From assembly GCF_000520015.2 (NCBI RefSeq), contig NZ_CP007044.2, positions 5,072,294-5,096,293 on the forward strand: 24,000 bases of DNA, in the 5' to 3' direction. The position numbers and the translations under genes are program-made. This DNA comes from Chania multitudinisentens RB-25 (GTDB taxonomy: Bacteria > Pseudomonadota > Gammaproteobacteria > Enterobacterales > Enterobacteriaceae). The notes under the pieces are model-generated. The model did not search any database. It was not told the DNA's origin and saw only the letters and a list, made by a program, of their open reading frames with translations. Below are positions 9,886 through 21,095 of this stretch, piece after piece (the stretch's first letter is position 1; each line of letters begins with the position of its first letter).

Positions 9886-9921
9886 TTACACAAATATGGC
9901 TCTCAGGTCATATTTGTGTAA
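9886..9921. promoter_or_regulatory. Perfect inverted repeat upstream of the glycosyltransferase gene
   Basis: TTACACAAATATG (9886-9898), 10-nt spacer, CATATTTGTGTAA (9909-9921); 13-bp perfect arms. Confidence 0.5.
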
Positions 9922-10161
9922 AATAGTTTTCTCCACTAATATTTTTACCCACATCAATATTCCCTTATCACTCGGTTAAAACTAAATAACCGTATAGCTG
10001 CTAGCAATACCTTTCACGACGTATTGTTAAACTTTAAATTACACTATGGATTAGCAATTTTCATGCCAAAATAAAAACAATAGGAAATCAGAGCAGTATC
10101 ATCCAAGCGGAAGTGATTCTTCCGGAAAATATCTGACAATAGGAAATAAATCGTCTCAAAT

Positions 10162-10189
10162 AAAAAAACCATCATCCTGTCTCAGGATG
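10162..10189 (-). terminator. Possible weak rho-independent terminator
   Basis: Stem CATCCTG/CAGGATG (10173-10189). On the minus strand it is followed after ATGG by a run of seven T (10162-10168). Confidence 0.35.
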
Positions 10190-10273
10190 AAAAAATTCTC
10201 GAAAGTGCTCTGGCAGAGGTTTTTTTTCATTTACACATTGCCATTTTGCGAGGGCCATGACCCATAAGACTGA

Positions 10274-10629
10274 CTATTTGCCCTCCAAGCAGGATTCACC
10301 ACCAGCACTTTTACGCGCCTCGATACGCTCAATGAGATAAAGCTCAACCAATCCCCGTACCGTCAGCACTGCTATTTATGGCTCTCTTCCAACGGCCGTT
10401 GCTTTTCTTCTTTCAACTCAGTGGCAAGACAACGCCCTTCATTTTTAATTTTCTTGAGTTCTTGCAACTTCATCCGAGCCATTACAAGCGTAGTTTGCGG
10501 GATGCTTCCAATTTTTACCTGTGACAGCATATTGGTCACTGGGCTAGTATAGCGATAGAAAAAAGTCTTAATAACCTCCGTTCATACTGATTTGGTTAAC
10601 AAAGGTTTGCCAGCCTGTTTAACTGCCAT
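10274..10629 (-). pseudogene. Decayed tyrosine integrase, N-terminal (DUF4102/P4-type) region only
   Basis: Segment 1 (10629-10372, in-frame TGA at 10584-10582): MAVKQAGKPLLTKSV*TEVIKTFFYRYTSPVTNMLSQVKIGSIPQTTLVMARMKLQELKKIKNEGRCLATELKEEKQ. Segment 2 in another frame (10372-10274): AVLTVRGLVELYLIERIEARKSAGGE. Both match the expected consecutive pieces of an integrase N-terminus and adjoining SAM-like region; no catalytic domain was seen. Confidence 0.75.
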
Positions 10630-10717
10630 GTTATGCTTTACTTTATGACCAACCAATTGATTTGCCTGAGCGGATACCCAACTGATGCAGATTATACGTT
10701 TATGGAAAAGACCTCCC

Positions 10718-10815
10718 CCTAGCCTGCGTCACATCCCACACTTTGACTCGTATTATGCGAGTAGGATTGAGTGACTCTTCATGAGATGACACGATACCCA
10801 ATGATGACAGCGAAA
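10718..10815. repeat. Diverged direct repeat, copy B, immediately upstream of mutS
   Basis: CCTAGCCTGCGTCACATCCCACACTTTGACTCGTATTATGCGAGTAGGATTGAGTGACTCTTCATGAG...CAGCGAAA aligns to copy A at 8223-8312. Confidence 0.65.
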
Positions 10816-10858
10816 TCACAATCAATTTTAAATTCAATGGATTGGAACCGATAATCTT

Positions 10859-13414
10859 ATGACTAGCACCGAAAAATTCGATTCCCATACGCCAATGATG
10901 CAGCAGTACCTCCGCCTGAAGGCACAACACCCAGAGATCCTACTGTTCTACCGGATGGGGGATTTCTATGAGCTATTTTACGATGATGCAAAACGCGCAT
11001 CGCAGTTGCTGGATATTTCACTCACCAAACGCGGTGCATCTGCCGGTGAACCAATCCCGATGGCGGGCGTCCCTCACCATGCGGTGGAAAACTATCTCGC
11101 TAAATTGGTACAGCTCGGTGAGTCTGTCGCGATTTGCGAACAAATTGGCGATCCAGCCACCAGTAAAGGCCCTGTCGAACGCAAAGTTGTCCGAATCGTC
11201 ACTCCGGGTACCATCACCGATGAAGCTTTGCTGCAAGAACGGCAAGATAACCTGCTGGCGGCCATCTGGCAGGATGCGCGCGGTTTCGGCTATGCCACGC
11301 TGGATATCAGCTCTGGTCGCTTCCGGGTTGCCGAACCGGAAGACCTTGAAACCATGGCTGCCGAACTGCAACGTACCAATCCGGCAGAGCTTCTATACCC
11401 AGAAAGTTTTGAGCAGATGGCTCTGATCGAACAGCGCCACGGTCTGCGCCGCCGCCCACTGTGGGAATTTGAGCTGGAAACGGCGCGTCAGCAGTTAAAT
11501 CTGCAATTCGGCACTCGCGATCTCACCGGTTTTGGCGTTGAACAGGCGCAGCAAGCACTGCGTGCCGCAGGTTGCCTGCTGCAATACGTCAAAGACACCC
11601 AACGCACCTCACTACCGCATATCCGTGGGATCACCATGGAGCGCCAACAGGATGGCATCATTATGGATGCCGCCACCCGCCGCAACCTGGAAATCACGCA
11701 AAACCTTTCAGGCGGTAGCGAGAACACACTGGCGGCGATCCTCGATCGCACCGTTACCCCTATGGGCAGCCGCATGTTGAAGCGTTGGTTGCATATGCCC
11801 ACACGTGACATCAACACGCTAAACAGCCGCCAACAAGCTATTGCAGCACTACAGGAATTGAGCAACGACGTGCAGCAACCGCTACGCCAGGTAGGCGATC
11901 TGGAACGTATTTTAGCGCGCTTAGCGTTACGTACCGCTCGCCCACGCGATCTGGCCCGTATGCGCCACGCTTTCCAGCAACTACCCGATATTCGTGCATC
12001 GCTGGAAAACACGGCAACGCCGCATGTGCAAAAGCTGTTGTCACAAATTGGCCAGTTTGATGAACTACAGCACCTGCTGGAACGAGCCATTGTTGAAGCT
12101 CCCCCCGTGCTGGTGCGTGATGGTGGTGTGATTGCCCCCGGTTATAACGAAGAGTTAGACGAGTGGCGAGCACTGGCTGATGGAGCCAGCGACTATCTGG
12201 ATCGCCTAGAGATCCGCGAACGTGAAAAGCTCGGGCTTGATACGTTGAAAGTCGGCTTCAACGGTGTACATGGTTATTATATTCAGGTCAGCCGTGGGCA
12301 AAGCCACCTGGTGCCAATCCACTATGTACGCCGCCAAACGCTAAAAAATGCTGAACGCTACATCATTCCAGAGTTGAAAGAGTATGAAGATAAGGTACTG
12401 ACTTCAAAAGGGAAAGCATTAGCGATTGAAAAAGGGCTGTATGAAGAACTGTTCGATCTGCTGCTGCCACATCTTGAAGAACTGCAACAAAGTGCCGGAG
12501 CACTGGCAGAGCTAGATGTACTGGCCACTCTGGCTGAACGCGCCGAAACGCTGAACTATATTTGCCCAACCATGAGCGAGCAACCGGGTATCCGCATCAG
12601 CGAAGGGCGGCACCCGGTAGTAGAGCAGGTACTGAGTGAACCCTTTATCGCCAACCCGATCTCACTGTCGCCGCAGCGGCGCATGTTGATCATCACTGGC
12701 CCAAACATGGGTGGTAAAAGTACCTATATGCGCCAAACAGCCTTGATTGTACTCATGGCGCATATTGGCAGTTTTGTGCCCGCAGTAAAAGCTTTCATCG
12801 GCCCGATAGACCGGATCTTTACCCGCGTCGGCGCGGCAGACGATCTGGCCTCTGGTCGCTCAACCTTTATGGTGGAAATGACCGAAACCGCCAATATCCT
12901 GCATAATGCCACAGAAAATAGCCTGGTGCTGATGGATGAGATCGGGCGTGGCACTTCTACTTATGATGGGCTTTCGCTGGCCTGGGCTTGTGCCGAAAAC
13001 CTGGCTAACCGTATCAAAGCCATGACATTGTTTGCTACGCATTACTTCGAACTCACCACCTTGCCAGAAAAAATGGAAGGTGTCGTCAACGTGCATTTGG
13101 ATGCGCTTGAGCACGGCGATACCATCGCTTTTATGCACAGCGTTCAAGACGGTGCGGCCAGCAAGAGCTACGGGCTGGCGGTCGCTGCGCTGGCCGGTGT
13201 GCCGCGTGATGTGATCAAGCGTGCTCGCCAGAAACTGCGTGAACTGGAAAGTCTCTCCAGCCAAACCGCTGCGGGTACGGTAGATGCAACCCAGATGACG
13301 TTGTTGAATGAAGAGATTCCACCAGCTGTAGAAGCACTGGAAACCTTAGATCCAGACTCTTTATCACCACGCCAGGCATTGGAATGGATCTACCGGCTGA
13401 AAAGCATGGTCTAA
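10859..13414 (+). CDS. mutS: DNA mismatch repair protein MutS
   Basis: Near-canonical enterobacterial MutS sequence: [31 protein letters not shown], Walker [28 protein letters not shown]; 851 aa. Confidence 0.99.
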   Translation: MTSTEKFDSHTPMMQQYLRLKAQHPEILLFYRMGDFYELFYDDAKRASQLLDISLTKRGASAGEPIPMAGVPHHAVENYLAKLVQLGESVAICEQIGDPATSKGPVERKVVRIVTPGTITDEALLQERQDNLLAAIWQDARGFGYATLDISSGRFRVAEPEDLETMAAELQRTNPAELLYPESFEQMALIEQRHGLRRRPLWEFELETARQQLNLQFGTRDLTGFGVEQAQQALRAAGCLLQYVKDTQRTSLPHIRGITMERQQDGIIMDAATRRNLEITQNLSGGSENTLAAILDRTVTPMGSRMLKRWLHMPTRDINTLNSRQQAIAALQELSNDVQQPLRQVGDLERILARLALRTARPRDLARMRHAFQQLPDIRASLENTATPHVQKLLSQIGQFDELQHLLERAIVEAPPVLVRDGGVIAPGYNEELDEWRALADGASDYLDRLEIREREKLGLDTLKVGFNGVHGYYIQVSRGQSHLVPIHYVRRQTLKNAERYIIPELKEYEDKVLTSKGKALAIEKGLYEELFDLLLPHLEELQQSAGALAELDVLATLAERAETLNYICPTMSEQPGIRISEGRHPVVEQVLSEPFIANPISLSPQRRMLIITGPNMGGKSTYMRQTALIVLMAHIGSFVPAVKAFIGPIDRIFTRVGAADDLASGRSTFMVEMTETANILHNATENSLVLMDEIGRGTSTYDGLSLAWACAENLANRIKAMTLFATHYFELTTLPEKMEGVVNVHLDALEHGDTIAFMHSVQDGAASKSYGLAVAALAGVPRDVIKRARQKLRELESLSSQTAAGTVDATQMTLLNEEIPPAVEALETLDPDSLSPRQALEWIYRLKSMV

Positions 13415-13436
13415 GCCAGCTAAAATTGCTGACATA

Positions 13437-13466
13437 AAAAACGGTGGGCATACGCCCACCGTTTTT
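13437..13466. terminator. Bidirectional terminator between convergent mutS and rpoS
   Basis: 13-bp perfect stem AAAAACGGTGGGC-atac-GCCCACCGTTTTT with A/T tracts on both sides. Confidence 0.92.
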
Positions 13467-13486
13467 ATTGTAATGTCGATAAACGT

Positions 13487-14485
13487 TTATTCGCGAAACA
13501 GCGCCTCTATGCTCAAACCCTGCGTTTGCAGAATCTCACGCAAACGCCGTAAGCCTTCAACCTGAATCTGACGAACACGCTCGCGTGTCAAGCCAATCTC
13601 GCGACCCACATCTTCCAACGTTGCCGCTTCATAACCCAATAGACCGAAACGACGAGCCAGCACTTCACGCTGTTTGGCGTTCAATTCGAACAACCATTTC
13701 ACGATGCTTTGCTTCATATCATCGTCTTGCGTGGTGTCTTCCGGCCCGTTGTCTTTCTCATCAGCCAGAATATCCAACAACGCTTTCTCTGAATCGCCCC
13801 CTAATGGCGTATCAACAGAAGTGATACGTTCATTCAGGCGCAGCATCCGGCTGACATCATCAACCGATTTGTCGAGTTGCTCCGCAATCTCTTCAGCGCT
13901 CGGTTCATGATCCAATTTGTGAGAAAGCTCACGCGCGGTACGCAAGTAAACATTCAGTTCTTTAACGATATGAATTGGCAAACGGATAGTACGGGTTTGA
14001 TTCATAATCGCCCGTTCAATCGTCTGGCGAATCCACCACGTTGCATAAGTAGAGAAACGGAAACCGCGCTCTGGATCAAACTTTTCTACCGCACGAATCA
14101 GACCGAGGTTACCCTCTTCGATCAGATCCAGCAGCGCCAGACCGCGATTACTGTAGCGACGGGCAATTTTCACCACCAGCCGCAGATTGCTCTCTATCAT
14201 GCGGCGGCGAGACGGTACGTCTCCACGCAGTGCGCGCCGCGCAAAATAAACCTCTTCCTCTGCAGTCAGCAGAGGGGAATAACCGATTTCGCCCAGATAG
14301 AGCTGCGTTGCATCCAATACGCGTTGGGTAACACCTTGAGACAACAGCTCGTCTTCCGCTAAATCATTCTCACTGGCTTCTTCTTCTGCCAGATCTTTTT
14401 CGTCGAATGATTCAACCTCCGTGGCGTTCTCATCGAAATCTGCATCGTCATGTAACTCGTTAACTTTCAGCGTATTTTGGCTCAT
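13487..14485 (-). CDS. rpoS: RNA polymerase sigma factor RpoS
   Basis: [17 protein letters not shown]...[33 protein letters not shown]...[20 protein letters not shown]; 332 aa. Confidence 0.99.
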   Translation of the reverse strand: MSQNTLKVNELHDDADFDENATEVESFDEKDLAEEEASENDLAEDELLSQGVTQRVLDATQLYLGEIGYSPLLTAEEEVYFARRALRGDVPSRRRMIESNLRLVVKIARRYSNRGLALLDLIEEGNLGLIRAVEKFDPERGFRFSTYATWWIRQTIERAIMNQTRTIRLPIHIVKELNVYLRTARELSHKLDHEPSAEEIAEQLDKSVDDVSRMLRLNERITSVDTPLGGDSEKALLDILADEKDNGPEDTTQDDDMKQSIVKWLFELNAKQREVLARRFGLLGYEAATLEDVGREIGLTRERVRQIQVEGLRRLREILQTQGLSIEALFRE

Positions 14486-14538
14486 AAGCGGCTCCTACCC
14501 GTGATACCGCGAACAGAATACAACGCACTCTGTCCAAT

Positions 14539-15528
14539 CTATCGCTGCGGAAGATAACGCAGCGGGTTTACGGATTTCCCCTTGTAACGAATTTCAAAAT
14601 GCAAACGTACTGAACTGGTTCCGGTGCTTCCCATCGTTGCTATTTTTTGCCCCGCCTTCACCTCTTGTTGTTCCCGGACCAGCATTGTGTCGTTATGGGC
14701 GTAGGCGCTCAGGTAATCATCATTGTGTTTGATGATGATTAGATTACCGTAACCCCGTAAAGCATTGCCTGCATAAACTACCCGACCATCAGCGGTAGCA
14801 AAAATAGGCTGCCCACGGGTGCCACCGATATCGATACCTTTATTCCCACCTTCCGATGAGGAGAAGTTATCAATAATCTTACCGTCTGTTGGCCATCTCC
14901 AACTGCTAACCGGAGCGCTATTACTGACGGTGCTGCTCACTGGTAGTGTCGCAGCTGGCGCGATAACAGGAGCAGTGACTGAACCTGCCACAGTTGCTCC
15001 TGATGAAGGTAACATCTTACCTACATTCTGTTTACCCGAGTTACCAGAATACGCGTTAGTTGATTGGGAATCAACCGTTACAGTTTGTATCTGAGAACTG
15101 GATGGTGGCTTAGGTACACCACCACGAGTGGCGTCCGTAGCTGCCAGCATGCCGCCATTGCCGCCGTTAGTTGAGCCACTACCAAGTTGAATGGTTTGGC
15201 CGACTTCCAGGCTATATGGCTCAGGGATATTATTACGTTGAGCCAGATCACGGAAATCGTTCCCGGTGATCCAGGCAATATAGAACAACGTATCACCGTG
15301 TTTAACGGTATAAGTGTTACCGCTGTAACTTCCTTTGGGGATCGAATTGTAACTGCGATTATAAACAATACGCCCCGGCGCAGCGGTGTTCCCTCCAACA
15401 TTAGCAGACGAGCTACCTCCATCACCATTTACACTGCTGATCGGTGCAGAAGTAGAATTATTATTTGAACAACCTGCCAACCACAAACTTAACATCGTAC
15501 ACACCGCAACCCGGCGCAAAGTAATCAT
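14539..15528 (-). CDS. nlpD: Murein hydrolase activator lipoprotein NlpD (LysM plus degenerate M23 domain)
   Basis: Lipobox LAGCSNNN; Lys[40 protein letters not shown]; LytM/M23-like C-terminus; located upstream of rpoS. The internal ATG at 15528 (MITLRRVAV) is preferred over 15546. Confidence 0.95.
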   Translation of the reverse strand: MITLRRVAVCTMLSLWLAGCSNNNSTSAPISSVNGDGGSSSANVGGNTAAPGRIVYNRSYNSIPKGSYSGNTYTVKHGDTLFYIAWITGNDFRDLAQRNNIPEPYSLEVGQTIQLGSGSTNGGNGGMLAATDATRGGVPKPPSSSQIQTVTVDSQSTNAYSGNSGKQNVGKMLPSSGATVAGSVTAPVIAPAATLPVSSTVSNSAPVSSWRWPTDGKIIDNFSSSEGGNKGIDIGGTRGQPIFATADGRVVYAGNALRGYGNLIIIKHNDDYLSAYAHNDTMLVREQQEVKAGQKIATMGSTGTSSVRLHFEIRYKGKSVNPLRYLPQR

Positions 15529-15860
15529 TGGGCTTCCAGTACTCATGCTTCCCCCATGACAGCAATATCAGCGATATATCCAAAAACCCTTTACATCGTA
15601 GTCGAGCTTGAAATTTTTCTCAGTTTCCACAATGCAAGGTTTTCCCAGGCCGACCCCTGAACACCCAGCGATCTCTTGCCAAGGAATCAAAAAAACAGTG
15701 CTGCCAATGCGTTACCCAATAGCTTGCAAACAATCAGAGTATTACCACATTAGCGCTACCGCACCCTATTACAACGGCAAAAAACAATTACCTTGGAACC
15801 TAAAACGCTAAAACCTTAACCGGACTTGATGAAAGTGCAATAAATTTCGCCCTGTTATTA

Positions 15861-16487
15861 TTAGGCTAACTCACCTTTCACCAGCGGAACAAATCGTACC
15901 GCTTCAACGGCATTGATAGAAAATGTCTTCCCGCAACGCTGAATGCGCTTAAGCATCTGTGCTTGCTCACCCACTGGCAGCACCAGAATGCCTCCATCAT
16001 CCAATTGGTCCATTAACGCCTGCGGAATTTCCAACGGGGCTGCCGTCACAATGATCGCATCAAACGGCCCACGAGATGCCCAGCCCAGCCAACCATCGCC
16101 ATGGCGCGTGGAAATGTTATGCAGATCGAGCTGTTTCAAGCGGCGCTTTGCCTGCCATTGCAACCCTTTGATACGCTCAACCGAGCAAACATGCTGCACC
16201 AAATGGGCCAGAATCGCGGTCTGATAACCGGAGCCCGTACCGATCTCCAACACTCTGGAAGCGGGTGTCAGATTCAATAGTTCCGTCATGCGCGCAACCA
16301 TATAAGGCTGAGAAATCGTTTGGCCCGAACCGATAGGCAACGCGGTATTTTCGTAGGCCTTATGTTCAAGCGCCTCGTCAACAAAACGCTCACGCGGCAC
16401 ATTTTCGATTGCTTTAAGCAGCCGTTCGTCCCTGATCCCTTGCTGGCGCAGTTGCATCAGCAATGTTTGCATGCGTTTGTTCACCAT
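15861..16487 (-). CDS. pcm: Protein-L-isoaspartate O-methyltransferase
   Basis: [22 protein letters not shown]-binding motif; [40 protein letters not shown]; 208 aa; synteny. Confidence 0.98.
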   Translation of the reverse strand: MVNKRMQTLLMQLRQQGIRDERLLKAIENVPRERFVDEALEHKAYENTALPIGSGQTISQPYMVARMTELLNLTPASRVLEIGTGSGYQTAILAHLVQHVCSVERIKGLQWQAKRRLKQLDLHNISTRHGDGWLGWASRGPFDAIIVTAAPLEIPQALMDQLDDGGILVLPVGEQAQMLKRIQRCGKTFSINAVEAVRFVPLVKGELA

Positions 16488-17242
16488 TCCCCGCTAACCT
16501 CTATTTTGGTTAACCATGTTGTCAGCACCTCTAGCGCGCCATAGGCAGTCAAATCCACCTGCAAAGGCGTAACGGCAACATACCCCTGCTCCATTGCCGC
16601 GAAATCAGTATCTGGGCCAGCATCAAATTTATCCCCAGGAGGCCCGATCCAATACAAACTCTGACCATGCGGATCCTGCTGACAAAAAACCTTATCGGCA
16701 GGATGCCGACTGCCACAGCGAGCCACACGAATGCCTTTAATCTCCGTAAGCGGTAAATCAGGCACGTTAATATTAAGGATTTTTCCGGTACGCAGCGGTT
16801 CACGCTGCAACGCACGCAACAGGCTACAGGTGACCACAGCGGCTGTATCATAATGCTGATGGCCATTCAGCGACACCGCAAGCGCCGGCAAACCCAGATG
16901 GCGGCCTTCCATCGCGGCGGCAACCGTGCCGGAATAAATAACGTCATCCCCCAAGTTGGCTCCAGCGTTAATGCCAGAAACCACCACATCGGGAGCCGGG
17001 CGCATCAAAGCATTAACCCCCAGGTAAACGCAATCTGTTGGTGTACCCGATTCAACGGCAATATCCCCGTTCGGCAACGCTATTACGCGCAACGGTGAAC
17101 TTAACGTTAACGCATTGGAAGAACCACTGCGGTTACGATCGGGTGCAACTATCTGTACAGTGGCAAATTCGCGAAGGTGTTTAGCCAGCACCTGAATACC
17201 TGGAGCCGAAACACCATCATCATTACTCAGTAATATCCGCAT
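16481..17242 (-). CDS. surE: 5'/3'-nucleotidase SurE
   Basis: [23 protein letters not shown]...[15 protein letters not shown]...[11 protein letters not shown]. The true start is the ATG at 17242; the listed ORF is over-extended by 53 codons. Confidence 0.98.
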   Translation of the reverse strand: MRILLSNDDGVSAPGIQVLAKHLREFATVQIVAPDRNRSGSSNALTLSSPLRVIALPNGDIAVESGTPTDCVYLGVNALMRPAPDVVVSGINAGANLGDDVIYSGTVAAAMEGRHLGLPALAVSLNGHQHYDTAAVVTCSLLRALQREPLRTGKILNINVPDLPLTEIKGIRVARCGSRHPADKVFCQQDPHGQSLYWIGPPGDKFDAGPDTDFAAMEQGYVAVTPLQVDLTAYGALEVLTTWLTKIEVSGEW

Positions 17243-18269
17243 CACTGTTATCCTGCTGTATGACTTCACGAACAACGCTGGTAGCAAAGCTGCCTGCAGG
17301 CAACCAAAAGCGCAATTCCACGGTGACATCATCCCACCAGTTCCACAGCAGTTTCTGCGGTTGTAACAGCAGGGCTCGGCGAGCAGATTCAACACGCTCA
17401 CGTTTTAAAAGCGTAAGCAATTCCGGCTGTTCCGCCAAGCATTGTTGTTCAAATTTAAGTGCTTCCCCGGCAGTACCCGGATCACCATCACCCGGCAACG
17501 GGGCAGTAATCAGCAACTCTTGAGCATCCAAACGCTGTTGCAGGCTAACCAGTTCCTCTGGCTTAGCCACAAACCAACTGCCACGCCCGGCCAACTGCAA
17601 TGCGTCACCTTCCAGTACCGTATATTGCTGCTGATTAGCCAAACGCTGGCTGGTAATAAAATTGAACAGTGCGCTACGGCTGGCAGAGAGATAAAAACTA
17701 CGCTTGCTCCGCTCTTTTACTCGGATTTGATCATTGGCCCAGCGGCTGGCCATAACCAGATTATTGCCACCGTGACCAAAGCGTTGGCTGCCAAAATAAT
17801 TTGGCACACCACCCGCCGCAATCGCCAGCAAACGCTGCTCCACCTCTTGACGGTTGCTGATCTGGCGTAATACCAGAGTAAAATCATTGCCTTTCAAGGT
17901 GCCGATGCGCAGCTTGCGCAAATGGCGTGCGGCCTGTAATACTTCGCAGCCTTCAAGTGAAAACTGAGTGAGATCGGGGGATTCTTTGCCTGGCAGATGC
18001 AGGCAGAACCACTGTTCAGTCACCGCATGGCGATCTTTCAAGCCTGCATAACTGACCGAACGGGCATGAATGCCGGCAAATTTCGCCAGGCTGTCTGCAA
18101 CAAACTGCGTGTTACAGCCGTTTTTACGGATATTCACCAACAGGTGTTCACCTTCACCATCTGGCGTAAAGCCCAGGTCTTCCACCACCACAAAATCTTC
18201 TGGATTGGCTTTCAGTACCCCACGAGCCTGTGGTTTACCATGTAGCCAAGTCAGATTTGCCATATCCAT
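17223..18269 (-). CDS. truD: tRNA pseudouridine(13) synthase TruD
   Basis: [33 protein letters not shown]...[17 protein letters not shown]...NYFGSQRFG; synteny. Confidence 0.98.
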   Translation of the reverse strand: MDMANLTWLHGKPQARGVLKANPEDFVVVEDLGFTPDGEGEHLLVNIRKNGCNTQFVADSLAKFAGIHARSVSYAGLKDRHAVTEQWFCLHLPGKESPDLTQFSLEGCEVLQAARHLRKLRIGTLKGNDFTLVLRQISNRQEVEQRLLAIAAGGVPNYFGSQRFGHGGNNLVMASRWANDQIRVKERSKRSFYLSASRSALFNFITSQRLANQQQYTVLEGDALQLAGRGSWFVAKPEELVSLQQRLDAQELLITAPLPGDGDPGTAGEALKFEQQCLAEQPELLTLLKRERVESARRALLLQPQKLLWNWWDDVTVELRFWLPAGSFATSVVREVIQQDNSDADITE

Positions 18270-18273
18270 GCGC

Positions 18274-18747
18274 CTACCCCTTGATCAACAAGGCAACCGC
18301 TTCACAGGCAATCCCTTCACCCCGCCCGGTAAAACCCAGTTGTTCGGTGGTAGTCGCTTTAACGTTGACATCCTCTATATGGCACTGTAGGTCTTCTGCC
18401 AGGAAAACGCGCATCTGGGGAATATGCGGTGCCATCTTCGGTGCTTGCGCGATGATGGTCACATCCAGGTTACCTAGGCGATAACCCTTGGCGCGAATAC
18501 GTTTCCAGGCTTCACGCAGCAATTCACGGCTGTCGGCCCCTTTGAATGCCGGATCGGTATCCGGGAACAGTTTGCCAATATCCCCCAACGCCGCAGCCCC
18601 TAACAGTGCATCAGTGGCCGCATGCAGTGCGACATCACCATCCGAGTGCGCCAGCAAACCTTTCTCGTAAGGAATGCGGACACCACCGATCACCAGCGGC
18701 CCTTCGCCGCCAAATTTATGGACATCAAAACCGTGACCAATACGCAT
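18274..18747 (-). CDS. ispF: 2-C-methyl-D-erythritol 2,4-cyclodiphosphate synthase
   Basis: [13 protein letters not shown]...[32 protein letters not shown]; 157 aa. Confidence 0.99.
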   Translation of the reverse strand: MRIGHGFDVHKFGGEGPLVIGGVRIPYEKGLLAHSDGDVALHAATDALLGAAALGDIGKLFPDTDPAFKGADSRELLREAWKRIRAKGYRLGNLDVTIIAQAPKMAPHIPQMRVFLAEDLQCHIEDVNVKATTTEQLGFTGRGEGIACEAVALLIKG

Positions 18748-18804
18748 GACGCGCTCCTTAATTGTCGATACCCACCATTTTTCAAGTTGCTCTCTCGCGG
18801 CAAC

Positions 18805-19506
18805 TTATAGCTGGGTTAAATAGAACGCGGCCAGGGCTAAATCCTCTGGCCGAGTCACTTTAATATTATCCGCTCGCCCTGCAACCAGCAGCGGATGATA
18901 GCCACAATGCTCCAGCGCGGAAGCCTCATCGGTCACCATGACACCGTCGTCCAGCGCGCGCTGTAGGCAATGCTTAAGCAATTCCAACGGAAATAACTGT
19001 GGCGTCAAGGCATGCCACAGGTCCTGACGTTCAACGGTATGCGAAATAGCATTCTGACCCACTTCGGCGCGTTTCATGGTATCGCGCACCGGGGCAGCAA
19101 GAATGCCCCCGACTTTACTGTGTGCGGTAATTGCCAATAGGCGCTCCAGATCGTCGGCATGTAAGCAAGGGCGGGCGGCATCATGCACCAATACCCATTC
19201 AGCATCGTTTGCCAGTTGCAGCCCAGCCATAACCGAATCGGCACGCTGCTGCCCCCCCAACGTGGTGCGCACCCGGGGATCCTGGGCAATCGGCAACATC
19301 TGGAATTGATGGTCATCAGGACTGATGGCGACAATCACCTGCGAAATCCGTGGATGCCGCAACAACACCTGGATCGCATGTTCAAGGAGGGTCTGATGGC
19401 CAATAGTTAAATATTGTTTCGGGCAATCGGTCTGCATGCGGCTACCGATACCGGCGGCGGGCAGAACAGCAATCACCTGCGGCAAGGAACTTGCGGAATG
19501 ATTCAT
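18805..19506 (-). CDS. ispD: 2-C-methyl-D-erythritol 4-phosphate cytidylyltransferase
   Basis: [32 protein letters not shown]...VHDAARPCL; 233 aa. Confidence 0.98.
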   Translation of the reverse strand: MNHSASSLPQVIAVLPAAGIGSRMQTDCPKQYLTIGHQTLLEHAIQVLLRHPRISQVIVAISPDDHQFQMLPIAQDPRVRTTLGGQQRADSVMAGLQLANDAEWVLVHDAARPCLHADDLERLLAITAHSKVGGILAAPVRDTMKRAEVGQNAISHTVERQDLWHALTPQLFPLELLKHCLQRALDDGVMVTDEASALEHCGYHPLLVAGRADNIKVTRPEDLALAAFYLTQL

Positions 19507-19509
19507 GCG

Positions 19510-19830
19510 TTATTTTTGTACGTTATTTTGCGTGGAAGACGCCGCGCTGCGTCTGGATTGGTCAGGCACCAGACGATAAAAAGTTTCACCGGGTCTAATC
19601 ATCCCCAGCTCATTGCGTGCGCGTTCTTCAATTGCTTCCTGACCGCCGTTCAAATCATCAATCTCGGCAAACAACTGGTCATTACGCGCCTTTAATTTGG
19701 CATTATTGCTCTGTTGAGCCGCTACGTCTTCATTAACCCGCACATAATCGTGAATACCGTTTTTACCCAGCCACAGCGAATACTGTAGCCAACCGAGCAA
19801 TGCAAGCAATAGCAGCGTAAGTTTTCCCAT
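19510..19830 (-). CDS. ftsB: Cell division protein FtsB
   Basis: [32 protein letters not shown]...[19 protein letters not shown]; start reassigned to the internal ATG at 19830. Confidence 0.97.
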   Translation of the reverse strand: MGKLTLLLLALLGWLQYSLWLGKNGIHDYVRVNEDVAAQQSNNAKLKARNDQLFAEIDDLNGGQEAIEERARNELGMIRPGETFYRLVPDQSRRSAASSTQNNVQK

Positions 19831-20216
19831 CTCCGCCCCCTGAAAAAACCGCCTAATCATCCCACAACTTCCCGTTTGACTCCACACCGGGAGCGGCATT
19901 TAGCCGCCAGATTCAGAGTAAGGGTGAGAACTTCCTGGGTTTACCATCTTATTTTCACCCGGAAGCGGCAAAAAAACCACGTTCCGCATAGAAAAACTGC
20001 TGCCAACTGGGTTTCATCCTTTTGCCCCGCAAGGCTAGCCACCCAAGGCGTTCTCCGCTGTTTTCATATTTAGGGAAAACAATTATGCATATTTAACACT
20101 ATGAGTATCTTTAGCGTCAGGTAAAGATTGTTTTTTTAATCATTGAAGCTTATTTTTATGCACATAGAATGCATAAGCAAGTCCAATATATAACCTTTAA
20201 CCCACGGGTGATCGAC

Positions 20217-20987
20217 ATGTTAAAACGCTTAGTTCTGATTGGTGCCTGCCTGGCAGCCACTCTTTCTACCGCTTCCTTCGCGGCCGAGCCGACGTATGTA
20301 GTCGGTTCCGGCGGCACTTACCGCCCATTCGAATTCGAAAACAGTAATAAAGAACTGGAAGGCTTTGATATTGATGTGATCAAGGCCATTGCCAAAGCCG
20401 AAGGTTTTCAGGTGAAACTGGTTAACACCCCCTGGGAAGGGATTTTCGCCACTCTGAACTCCGGCGATCGCGACATCATCATTTCTGGTATCACCATTAC
20501 CGATAAACGCCAGCAGATGGTTGATTTCTCAGCGCCTTACTTCCCAGCTGAACAGGCCATTGTGGTGCCGAAAGACTCCACGGTGGATTCCATCGCGGCG
20601 CTGAAAGCGCTGAAAGTCGGCGTAGTGAATTCCAGTACCGGTGATATCGTTGTATCCGATACACTAGGCAAAAACAGCACCGCAATCAAACGCTTCGACA
20701 ACACCCCACTGATGCTGCAAGAGCTGTACGAAGACGGTATCGGTGCCGCCGTGGGGGATGTGGGTGTGGCTAAGTTCTATATCAAAACTCACCCGGAGAA
20801 AGAATTCAAACTGGTTTCCGATGCCAAGTTCGAGCGCCAGTATTTCGGTATTGCGGTCGCAAAAGGTAATGATGAACTGCGTAACAAAATCAACGCTGGG
20901 CTAAAGAAAATCATTGCCGACGGGACTTACGCAAAAATCTATCAAACCTGGTTTGACAGCAACGTGCCGACGCTGCCAGCGCAATAA
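20217..20987 (+). CDS. Amino-acid ABC transporter periplasmic substrate-binding protein (GlnH/family 3)
   Basis: Signal peptide MLKRLVLIGACLAATLSTASFAAEP; FRPFEFE-like YRPFEFENSNKELEGFDIDVIKAIAKAEGF. Start at 20217 preferred over 20169. Confidence 0.93.
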   Translation: MLKRLVLIGACLAATLSTASFAAEPTYVVGSGGTYRPFEFENSNKELEGFDIDVIKAIAKAEGFQVKLVNTPWEGIFATLNSGDRDIIISGITITDKRQQMVDFSAPYFPAEQAIVVPKDSTVDSIAALKALKVGVVNSSTGDIVVSDTLGKNSTAIKRFDNTPLMLQELYEDGIGAAVGDVGVAKFYIKTHPEKEFKLVSDAKFERQYFGIAVAKGNDELRNKINAGLKKIIADGTYAKIYQTWFDSNVPTLPAQ

Positions 20988-21020
20988 TCTCTCACATTTT
21001 AGCCGCATTGCCCCACTAAC

Positions 21021-21050
21021 GCAGGATGAGGCAGCACTGCTTCATCCCGC
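21021..21050 (+). promoter_or_regulatory. REP-like intergenic stem-loop between binding-protein and permease genes
   Basis: GCAGGATGAGGCAG-CA-CTGCTTCATCCCGC; 14-bp arms with one mismatch and one potential G-U pair. Confidence 0.55.
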
Positions 21051-21095
21051 TATTGAAGGCGTATAGCAGCCAGAACAAATCAGAAGGAAGTCCCC

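Noticed and set aside
10700-10930. 76-aa minus ORF overlapping the mutS start
   Set aside because: Antisense to the conserved mutS start and to repeat copy B; no protein-like signature.
10968-12954. Numerous ORFs overlapping mutS, including minus-strand 11488..12090
   Set aside because: Reading-frame shadows of mutS, whose protein sequence is unambiguous.
14539-15528. NlpD M23 domain lacking the usual metal-ligand pattern considered as anomalous
   Set aside because: Degenerate M23/LytM domains are the established state of NlpD, which activates an amidase rather than cutting peptidoglycan itself.
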